NCBI GenBank assembly: GCA_963845755.1
Contig: CAWJTV010000005.1
Coordinates: forward strand, 736,001 to 800,000
Length of the DNA: 64,000 bases
Reading direction: 5' to 3'
Origin: an uncultured Planctomycetota bacterium
GTDB taxonomy: Bacteria; Planctomycetota; Planctomycetia; Isosphaerales; Isosphaeraceae
Below the pieces are notes generated by a model. That model saw only the letters and a list, made by a program, of their open reading frames with translations, was not told the DNA's origin and ran no database searches. Positions 45,333 to 54,619 of the stretch are shown piece by piece (position 1 is the first letter of the stretch; the number at the start of each line of letters is the position of its first letter). A program made the position numbers and the translations under genes.

Positions 45333-46324
45333 TCAGAAGCCGGGCTCCTCGTAAACACCGGGCACGGGGCCATCCGGCAAGGGCGGCGAAGGTGGGAGAT
45401 TGGACGAATCCTGGCACGATGTGGACTGAACGGAGTATTCCTCCGCGTGCCCGACGATCAGTTCCGTCGTGACATACTGCTCCAAGAACGCCGGCATTGA
45501 ATCGGTTACGCCGGGATCCGGAGCGACCGTTTCCAAGGATGCGTTGGCGGCCTGGTGGGCGATCGAGGCCGGTCGGCGACGATCGAGGAGGTGGCCGACG
45601 TCGAACCGTTCGCCGATGTAGTGGCGACGGACGTCGGGGTTCTTGAGGATCTGCTCGCGGTTGCCGTAGGCGAAGACGCGTCCCTCGCGGATCAGGTAGC
45701 AGCGATCGGTGACCTCGAGCGTCTCGCGGAACTGGTGATCGGTCAGGAGGATCCCCATGTTGTAGGCGCTCGGCCAGCTCGCGGATCGAGTCCTGGATTT
45801 CCGCGACCGTCTTGGGATCAATGCCGGCGAACGGCTCGTCGAGCAGGATCAACTTCGGCTCGGTGATGAGCGAGCGGGCAATCTCGAGCCTACGGCGACT
45901 CACCGCCCGAAACGCGATTGGCCTTCGTCTTGCGGATCTTGGTCAGCCCGAACTGGTCGAGAAGCTCGTTCTGTCGCTCGACACGCTGCTTGCGATTGAG
46001 ATGCTTGCGCGTCTCCAGGATCGCCATCAGGTTGTCTTCCACGGACAACTGTTTGAAGACGCTGGAGTCTTGTGCAAGATAACCCATGCCGGCCCGCGCA
46101 TGGAGGTACATCGGCAATCGCGTGATGTCGCGGCCGTCGAAGATGACCTGGCCGCCATCGGCGGGGATCAGGCCAATCGTCATCCGGAAGCTGGTGGTCT
46201 TGCCCGCGCCGTTGGGACCGAGTAGCCCGACCACCTCCCCCTGCTCCACATCATAATCAACGCCGTTGACAACCTGTCGGCGTCCGTACCACTTTTCCAG
46301 ACCACGGACCTGTAGCAGGGGCAT
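45333..46324 (-). CDS. lptB: LPS export ABC transporter ATP-binding protein (frameshifts near 45898 and 45768), with C-terminal extension
   Basis: [69 protein letters not shown]. Confidence 0.92.
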
Positions 46325-46349
46325 ACCTCGATCCTCCTTGATCGTTCTG

Positions 46350-46522
46350 GTCCTTGAGTCTTTAAGTTCTTGAGTCCTTGTCTTTGATAGCGTTCGGCCG
46401 TCTTCACTTGGCTGTCCGGGGACACGCACCGGGATGCCTGATGGCTGGCGAGGGATTGATAAGAGGCCCGGGACTGTCGAGGAACAGAGCCCAAGGACTT
46501 AAGGACACAAGATCCCAGGACC
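46350..46522. repeat. Inverted pair of degenerate 8-mer tandem arrays
   Basis: GTCCTTGA-GTCTTTAA-GTTCTTGA-GTCCTTGT (46350-46381) versus CCAAGGAC-TTAAGGAC-ACAAGATC-CCAGGACC (46491-46522). Confidence 0.7.
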
Positions 46523-46526
46523 CAAA

Positions 46527-48267
46527 TTAGCGAATCCACTTCATTCGTTCGAGGTAGGGGCGGAAGATCAAACGGGTGTCGCGGTTGAGCCGGATGTCGG
46601 GACCGAACGGGACCCCATGTGGCCAGTAGACGTAGAAGGCCTTGCCCGTCAGGAGCTCGCGAGGGACCTCCCAGGGCTGTCGCCCGGACTCATCCCACAT
46701 GGCGTCCTCCGTCGTCCAGGCGCGGCTGTCCTTGCTCCGGGGACTGTTGTCTCCCATCATGAAGAAGGAATCGGGTCCGATGCGGAATTCCCGAGGTCGA
46801 ATCTTCGACAGATTCGGGAAACGCTCCGGGTCGGCCAGGAAGTTGAAGACTTCGGTTGGGCCGACGGGCCGGTCTGCCTCCCAGACATCCTCATAATCGG
46901 ACCCGGTGGGGGATTGGGTATAATAGATATCCCGTTTCAGGACAAGGTCGCTCGCCTCGAGTGCGACATTGCTCACGGCGAGTGCCGCGGGAGCCAGGTC
47001 GGCGGCCGTTGGCGCGAGAAGCGACTCGTCGCGGTCGTAGACAAATCCCGGCGCACTCGCGGGCTTTCCGTTGATGGTCAGGGTAATGCGGTCATCGACG
47101 TTGGCAAACTCCACCTGATAGCGGCCCGGCCCCTTCATCGTGGAGGTCCCCTTGCCGAGAACCTCATCGCCGCGCGTGAAAGTGGCCTCTCCTGACTCCA
47201 GTTCGATCGCGCAGCGGTAAGGGATCCCCGCCTTGACCAGCTCGAACCGAACCGTCCCATGCGGGGAAACCTTGGTGACCTCGATGCTCGATTCCAGCGT
47301 CAGGTCGCCAACCCAGTGAAGTTGCTTCCACGAGTTGTCATTCCGCCGGGACCCGATGGCCCGGCTGCGGGGATCCTCCAACTGATTGGTGTTGTACGAG
47401 TAGAAGTCGGTGACCAGGGTGGCTCGGGGCGGTCGAGGCAGTTCCTGATCCGTGATAAGGGCCTCCCACTGATCCGGTTCCGGGACGAGGTGGTGGTATC
47501 GCAGCTCGGACCAGGCCTCGTTCGGCTCGGCCGAGAATCGATAACGGCTCTCCGTCTTGTTGACCGGCTTCCAACCGTCCTTCCCTCGCCATCGCAACCA
47601 CTCGGGTCGATCGGCGAGCGCGCCGGGGCCGATATCGATCATCGTACACCATGATCTGCATGGCGGATTGATGACGCAGCGGCTTCCGGGCCAAATGGAA
47701 GGTATCCTCTCCCTGAGCTTTGACATAAACGTCGCCATGCGCGATGCGGAGGGTCTCGCCGGGAAGTCCGATCAGGCGTTTGATGTAGCTGAGCTCGGGC
47801 TCCTCGGGATAACGGAAGACGACGACATCCCAGCGTTCCGGCGGCCCGCTGCCCGGCAGGAATGGCAAGTCGTAAGGGAACATCATCACGAGGATCCGGT
47901 CGCCCTTGAAACTCGGCTGCTCGCGCAACTGATCATCTTGATAGCGGCAGTTCACGCAGATGCCCGAGTAGACCTCGCCGGCGAACGATCGCGTGTCAAC
48001 CTCGTCGGAGGCGTTCACCGTATAGGTGAATCCACATTGCGGACAGGCGACCTCTTTGTGCCGGCCCATCAAGGTCGGGGCCATGGATCCGGTCGGGATC
48101 ACGAATGCCTGGGCTTCGAATCCCCGAACGACCAGCGCCAGGATAAAGGCCACCACGACGGCCTCGATCGTGTCACGATAGCCTTCCTTGGTGCGAAGTT
48201 CAGTAGGGAGGGTGGATGGCCGGATGGTGCCGGCCGGTTTGGGCTGAATGGCGGTTGACCGTCCCAT
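46527..48267 (-). CDS. lepB: Signal peptidase I, long planctomycete type (frameshift near 47622)
   Basis: IPTGSMAPTL (Ser), YIKRLIGLPG (Lys), GDNSPRSKDSR; CPQC..CVNC insert. Confidence 0.92.
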
Positions 48268-48491
48268 CGTCGCGTGTTCCCTTTCCTCGATCTCGCGGGG
48301 GCGAGTGGAGCATCGGTCCGTTGCGGTTCCGACGCACCTGGCTGCGACTGCGGTTGAGCGGCCGGTTCCGCAGCTTCCCCGCGAGTCTGACGATCATCCG
48401 GACCCGAGGCGATAGCGAAGGATCGGGTGTGATCCTCTCCCGGAATGCGTCGGGTTCGGAAGACGCGCAGACCGAGCGAGCGCAAACTGCC

Positions 48492-49946
48492 CTATCGAAT
48501 GTAACGAATCCGACGAGGATCGGGAACCCAGCAAACCGATCGCCCGAACACTTGGAGCGGGACCACCTCCCCCGGCAGATGGACGAGGAACGGCTTGCCC
48601 AGAAACATCGAGCCGGGAACCACCGGCTTTCCCTCCCAGAAACGCGAATCATTCGAAACCGGGCTATTGTCACCCAGGACGAAGTATTCATCCGGGCCAA
48701 GCTCGACGGGCGATCGCAGCCCGTTACCCTGGCGCGGGGTATTCGCCAGGGTGCCGGTGTAATGCAGGTCGCGGTAGATCTTCAAATCGCTCACGGTCAG
48801 CTCGCCCCCATCCACGCCTAGCCCGATCGGGCTTTCACCGACAATGGGGATGGCCCGTCGGCTCTCATAGTCGAACGGATCGAACAGAAGCCGACCATCG
48901 ACGGCCAACAGCACTCGCTGGTCGAACGCCGATGCCTCCAGGGTGACGGTGCGAGGCCAGTGCCCCTTCTCTCGGAAGGGATTCCAGCAGTTCGATAGGG
49001 CGACGTGTTTGCCGTTATGCACCAGCTCGATCTCGCCGCCCAGCCGGACCGGGACACGCACTTCGAACTGGTCGGAGCCGGAGCGGAGCGCCGCCGAGAT
49101 CGCGTCAACCGACTCCGTGACCGTCAGTCGGGCTGTCAGACCGAGGTCAACCACCTCGTTCTCGGCCGGGAAACCGCCACCATTGTACGCGTAGAAATCG
49201 CGAACCGGTCCGTAACGTCGGCGCCACGGGTCCCAATGCCGATAGAGGATCCAGTCGCCAGGCCCGACTCCGGGTGTAGCCTGGTGCACGAATCCCTGTC
49301 AACCTCGAACCCATCCCGTCTTCGACGAGCGATAACCCCAGCCCGACCGGAAGATCCAACGGGGAAATCGGTCCGAATCCCGGGGCTGATAACCGGAGTC
49401 ATGCACCAGGATGCGCATGGCCCTCTGTTCCTCGAGCGTCTTCCGGACGATCTGGCCGTCAACATAGATGTCGCCGTCGAGGATGCGGACCGATTCGCCC
49501 GGGAGTCCGACGACCCGTTTGACATAAGCCTGTGACGGTTCCCCAGGGAAGTGGAACACGGCGACCTCCCAGCGCTTCGGGCGCCGGAAGTCGTACAGGA
49601 ACTTCTGGACGAGTACGCGATCGCCACCACACTCGACGGCCGGCGCCCGATCCATGTCACCCTGACCGCAATTCGGACAGACCGCCATCCCCGAATGACC
49701 TTCCTCATCGATGCCGACCAGGAAGACGAATTCGCAGTTCGAGCAGACCAGCTCCCGATGCCAGCCCAGCAGTGTCGGAGCCATCGAGCCCGTCGGCACC
49801 ACGTAAGCTTCGGCTGAGAAGGTCCGAGCCAGGATCACGCAGAGACACAGGAAGACTAGCAGCTCGACGGTCTGGCGCACCACGCCCGCACCCCGTTTGA
49901 TCGGTTGGAGCTGTCGGCGATCGGGAATTGGCGGCGATTCAGTCAT
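48492..49946 (-). CDS. lepB: Signal peptidase I, second paralog (frameshift near 49300)
   Basis: VPTGSMAPTL, YVKRVVGLPG, GDNSPVSNDSR; CSNC..CPNC insert. Confidence 0.92.
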
Positions 49947-50007
49947 TTTCGTGATACGGAATCGGCTGCGATCGTGTTAAGAAACTGTCCGAGAAGCGGA
50001 CCGGGGT

Positions 50008-50071
50008 TTGTAGGGTGGGTGAAACCCACCAGAATCGGGACACTTCCTGGTGGGTTTCACCCACCCTACAA
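50008..50071. repeat. GTAG-type REP doublet (family B)
   Basis: TTGTAGGGTGGGTGAAACCCACCAG ... CTGGTGGGTTTCACCCACCCTACAA, perfect 25-bp inverted repeat; GTAG followed by a small hairpin. Confidence 0.88.
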
Positions 50072-50215
50072 GATTCTCGGATAGTTCTTAGGCCGGAGCC
50101 CCCGTGTCGGTCTCGGCCACTATTCAGAGAGAACCATCGGTCGTCCCTCGGCGGGGTCCAATCGGCCACGCCAAACCACAGCGGCATCCGTTATTCCCGA
50201 CGGTCAACTGCGCCA

Positions 50216-52052
50216 TCAATCATCACTGTCATCAAGCACTGAGAGGAAGGCGTCCTGAGAGATCTCGACGCTCCCTACCTGTTTCATACGTTTCTTCCCC
50301 TCCTTTTGCTTTTCCAGGAGTTTCCGTTTTCGGGAGATGTCACCTCCATAACATTTCGCGGTGACATTCTTGCGCAAGGCGGAGATGGTCTCGCGGGCGA
50401 TCACCCGGCTGCCAATCGCAGCCTGGATGGCCACCTCGAATTGATGACGTTCGATCTCGCCGCGCAGTTTGCGAACCAGCTTCCGGCCCCGGCGATCCGC
50501 ATGGCGCACGATGTACGACCGTCGAAAGAGCATCAACCCGCTGACCGGCGACCAGGATATCCAACCGGCAGAGTTCCCCGGCGCGATAGCCGATGACCTC
50601 GTAGTCCATGGTGCCGTAACCCCGGGTCGCACTCTTCAATTTGTCGTAAAGATCGTAAATCATTTCCGCCAAAGGCAATTCATAGCTCAAGATCGCCCGC
50701 GTCAGCGACAGATACTCCGTTTTCAAATAGACACCCCGACGATCCTCACAAAGCTGCATGATGGCGCCTATGCAATCAGACGGGATGATGAAATTCAGTC
50801 GAGCGATGGGCTCTCGGAATTCCTCGATCTCGCCGGAATCGGGAATTCGGGTGGGGTTCGAGATATAGCTGATCTCACCGCTCCGTGTAACGATCTCGTA
50901 CGTTACGGTGGGGGCGGTCTGGACGAGCGAGAGGTTGCTCTCGCGTTCCAGCCGCTGCTGGACGATTTCCATGTGGAGCATACCCAGGAAACCGCAACGG
51001 AAGCCGAATCCAAGTGCGTCGGAGGTTTCCGGCTCAAACGTAAAGCTAGAATCATTAAGCGCCAATTTTTGAAGGGCTGTCCTCAGATCGTCGAACTGCG
51101 TATGAGTTGCGGGGAACAAGCCGCAAAAGACAACAGGGACGGGCTCAAGGTAGCCGGGCAAGGCAACCTGCGCCGGGCCGGGGACCTGGGTGATAGTGTC
51201 GCCGATCCGGATATCGGAGAGCCGTTTGATGTTGGCGATGACGTAACCGACCTGTCCGACGCCCAGCTCGTCGCAAGCGACTTCACGTGGCCGAAACCGG
51301 CCAAGACCCGTCACCTCGTAGTCCGTTTCGCCGGCCATGAGGCGGATTCTCTGTCCGACGCGTAGTATGCCGTCGACAACCCGGACGTAGGTGATCACCC
51401 CCTGATAATCATCGAACTTGGAATCGAAGATCAAGGCGCGGAGAGGCGCCTTCGGGTCACCCGCGGGAGCCGGAACCCGTTCGATGATGGCTCGAAACAC
51501 ATCGGGAACCCCCTGCCCTGACTTGGCACTGACGGCCAGGACATCACTCGGCTCGATCCCCAGGCTGGTCATCATCTCTTCCTTGACGACCTCGGGCCGG
51601 GACGCCTGCATGTCGATCTTGTTGAGCACGGGTACGATCGCCAGGTCATTTCCCGCAGCCAGGTAGGCGTTGGCCACCGTCTGGGCCTGAACCCCCTGCG
51701 TCGCGTCCACGAGCAAGATCGCCCCTTCGCAGGCCGCGAGGCTGCGCGACACCTCGTAATGGAAGTCAACGTGGCCGGGCGTGTCGATGAGGTTCAGCTC
51801 GTAAACCTGGCCGTCCAGCGTGTAATTGATCGCGACGGCCCGTGCCTTGATCGTGATTCCGCGCTCGCGTTCCAGATCCATGTCGTCGAGCAATTGCTCG
51901 CGGAATTCGCGCTGGGTGATCGCTCCGGATTGAAGCAGGAGTTGGTCCGCGAGCGTGCTTTTGCCGTGATCGATGTGCGCGACGATCGAGAAATTCCGGA
52001 TGAATCGAGGATCAAAAGCCATGGTCAGGTCCAGCACCTTGGTTTCGGCCAT
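50216..52052 (-). CDS. lepA: Elongation factor 4 / LepA (frameshift near 50505)
   Basis: [72 protein letters not shown]. Confidence 0.97.
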
Positions 52053-52456
52053 TTCGGACCGAGAAGTTGATTCCGAACTTCGATGTTTGGAAGCATGATT
52101 GAAGCAATTACAGGAAGGACTTTATCGAGGGGCTCCGACCCGTCGCGCCGGAACGGGCGGAGGGGAAAGGTCGTCGAGGCGAGGAGGCAAGCCGACGGGT
52201 CTTCAAGCTTTGTGTTCCATAAATCCTGGTTTCACCAGACCATCGGAATTCCGACGTCCGCCTTCGAGGCGAAGTTTCGGCTCTCTGCACTCAGATTGCA
52301 TGATTATATTGGGTCAGGTCAATGACGAGAAGGCGGGTTATGGTCGGCAACGCGGCAGAGCCGGCCGATCGCGATCGAGGGCTGCACCCGTGCAGGCGAG
52401 TTTTCCGGAACTCGTCACGTCCCTCTCCAATGATCCAGCCATCGGATCCAGGCTGG

Positions 52457-52601
52457 TCACGCCCGCTTCTTCTCGGGGTTCCGCCAGTGGAATGCGGCCG
52501 GCGAAGGAGGGCAAGGCACGTTGCGATCATGGCGTTACTCAAGACGAACTCGATGAAGATTCTCCAGAAGACTTCCTCCATTTCACTGAGTTTCTTGACG
52601 C
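52457..52601 (-). pseudogene. 5'-truncated paralog of the N-terminal membrane domain of gene 54620..58423
   Basis: MEEVFWRIFIEFVLSNAMIATCLALL..AAFHWRNPEKKRA* aligns with LEDVLWRMFVDSVVSNAVTATGLALLIWAAFGWR; DNA at 52482-52601 is clearly homologous to about 58107-58226. Confidence 0.8.
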
Positions 52602-52756
52602 TACAAATCCTTACAATATAGGGATTTGCGGAAATTCAGATTGTCGAGGGGCTCACGCCACTGGCCACGTGCGGTCACCCCCCGGGGCTTTGGGAACCGA
52701 CTCTCCGTGCGATTAATGAATATATTCTATTTGTTCATATCTTAGTATATTTGTCC

Positions 52757-52929
52757 GTAGGCTCCCCGCGCCGTGCGTGCATCTGGGGATTCCGAATTCC
52801 GGATTCGAGATTCCGGAGTCCCGAATCCTTCCCCTTCGGGAATCCGGAATCTCGAATCCGGAATCCCAATTGATTCCCCTTCGGGACTCGGGCATCTCGA
52901 ATCCGGAATCCCGATTGGGTTGCGGCCGA
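52757..52929 (+). repeat. Composite repeat unit L1 (completed at 54392-54404 after the IS)
   Basis: GTAGGCTCCCCGCGCCGTGCG head, GGATTCC-type heptamers then GGAATCC-type heptamers, tail TTGCGGCCGA|AGGCCGCGTTAG; near-identical to 54416-54599. Confidence 0.9.
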
Positions 52930-54391
52930 GGAACACCGACGAAATAACTTCCCGACTTCACACATTGGGTAAAATGCGGTAGTTCCAGCGTGGCAGGATG
53001 GCGTCCCGGAGCAGCTTCACGGCATCCTTGGCGGTTTCGCTGACCTTTCGGCCGAGTTGATAGACCTTGTCCAGGATGTCGACTTGAACCGTCAGGCCCG
53101 TCCGCGTCGTGGCTTTCCTCATCAGTTCGGCGACCCAGTCGATGTTGTGCAGGATGACGCCCTTGCAGACCCGCGTCAGGTGGGGGAACAGGCGATGTTC
53201 GATCGGGTTGAACTTCGAGGCGTACGGCGGATAGTGCGCCACCCGGATCTCCAACTCCAGGTCGTTGGCCAGGCGTTGCAAGTCGGCCCGGAACAAGTGC
53301 TGCTGGTAGCGGTCGTTGTCCGCCGGGTTGCTCCCGCCGCCATCGCAGAGCAGCAGCAGCGACGTCGCCTGCGGGTAGACCGCGTTGCCGAATCGGTCCC
53401 ACCAGTCCTTGACGCAGTCGCATGCGAATTCGCTGGTATCATGACTCGTGCCTAGGTGGATGTATCCGCGATTCTGCTTGAGGTCGTAGATCCCGTGGGG
53501 CAACACGAATCCCTCGGCGAACTCGTCGAAGTCGTGGTCGAACACCCGGATCGTCTGTCGCGTCTGGAGCGTGCCGGCGCGGAAGAAGTTGCCGAGCCGT
53601 TCTCGGGATTTCAGGTCCATGCTCAGGACCGGGTGGGGGGAGTCGAGGTATTCCCCCTTGAGCCGGCCGATCGTCTGGAATTGGTGGTCTCGCTCGGGGT
53701 GGCGGCTCAGCGGTTCCATGCGCAGGGCTTTGCGTTCATGGAAACCTTCCTGATCGAGCAGTTGGCTGACGATATGCACACTGACAAAGCTTCCACACTC
53801 TCGCATGCCACCTGCGATTTCGATCTTGGTCAAGTTGGTCCAGATCAGGGACTCCGCGGTTGGGCTGCCGGCGGTGCGATCGAGGAGGACCTTGTGGAAG
53901 TTGTTGGTGATCTCGGGGTCTTGATCGAGCCGCCGTCTCCGCCCCCCGCCGGGCTGGCGGACCTGCGGAGCGGGTTCGGCGGGGAGATCCTCGAGGTCGC
54001 GCTGGCCGTGACGAATGGTCTTGGGATCGACGCCCAAGACCTTGGCGATGTACTCGACCCCGCCGTGACCCAACTTGGCCGCCTCGACCGCCGCATACCG
54101 TCGCCGATCATTCTCGCGCAAGGAATGGTAGAATGCTCTCATGGTCCGCTCGACGTCCGGGGAATAAGGCGACATGATTGGCCTCCGGCTAAAGACCCAG
54201 ATACGGAACAATCCTCGCTATACCACCGCACGCCCCCCCGGGACCAGAAGGGCCCTCCGAAAACCGACATCGCGGGGAGGCAGACGGGTCTGCGCCCGAG
54301 GAACAGCCTGGATCTTCCTATCTTACCTAGGTTCTCATGGCGAACAGCAGTTTGGCACCATGAAATGGGGATGTTATTTCGTCGGCGTTCC
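52930..54391 (-). mobile_element. Insertion sequence, ISAzo13 family, 1462 bp
   Basis: Imperfect ~31-bp terminal IRs: GGAACACCGACGAAATAACTTCCCGACTTCA versus GGAACGCCGACGAAATAACATCCCCATTTCA (reverse complement of the right end). Confidence 0.92.
52958..54175 (-). CDS. ISAzo13-family transposase (intact single ORF)
   Basis: LRENDRRRYAAVEAAKLGHGG, SMDLKSRERLGNF, SHDTSEFA, LLCDGGGSN, HYPPYASKFNPIEHRLF, WNY. Confidence 0.95.
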   Translation of the reverse strand: MSPYSPDVERTMRAFYHSLRENDRRRYAAVEAAKLGHGGVEYIAKVLGVDPKTIRHGQRDLEDLPAEPAPQVRQPGGGRRRRLDQDPEITNNFHKVLLDRTAGSPTAESLIWTNLTKIEIAGGMRECGSFVSVHIVSQLLDQEGFHERKALRMEPLSRHPERDHQFQTIGRLKGEYLDSPHPVLSMDLKSRERLGNFFRAGTLQTRQTIRVFDHDFDEFAEGFVLPHGIYDLKQNRGYIHLGTSHDTSEFACDCVKDWWDRFGNAVYPQATSLLLLCDGGGSNPADNDRYQQHLFRADLQRLANDLELEIRVAHYPPYASKFNPIEHRLFPHLTRVCKGVILHNIDWVAELMRKATTRTGLTVQVDILDKVYQLGRKVSETAKDAVKLLRDAILPRWNYRILPNV

Positions 54392-54415
54392 AAGGCCGCG
54401 TTAGAGTCGTCCTCC

Positions 54416-54599
54416 GTAGGATCCCTGCGCCGTGCGCGAAACTGGGGATTCCGAATTCCGGATTCGAGATTCCGGAGTCCCGAATCCTTCCCCTTCGGGA
54501 CTCCGGAATCTCGAATCGGGATCCCAATTGATTCCCCTTCGGGAATCCGGAATCTCGAATCCGGAATCCCGATTGGGTTGCGGCCGAAGGCCGCGTTAG
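54416..54599 (+). repeat. Composite repeat unit L2 (uninterrupted)
   Basis: GTAGGATCCCTGCGCCGTGCGC...heptamer arrays...GGTTGCGGCCGAAGGCCGCGTTAG. Confidence 0.9.
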
Positions 54600-54619
54600 G
54601 GAAATGTCCTGGAAGTCAA

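Noticed and set aside
52735..52982. Small ORFs such as 'GFRIRDSGF..'
   Set aside because: They are translations of the heptamer repeat unit, not credible genes.
52757..54599. CRISPR array in the GGATTCC/GGAATCC repeats
   Set aside because: Repeats are contiguous degenerate heptamers with no unique constant-length spacers; no cas genes in the window.
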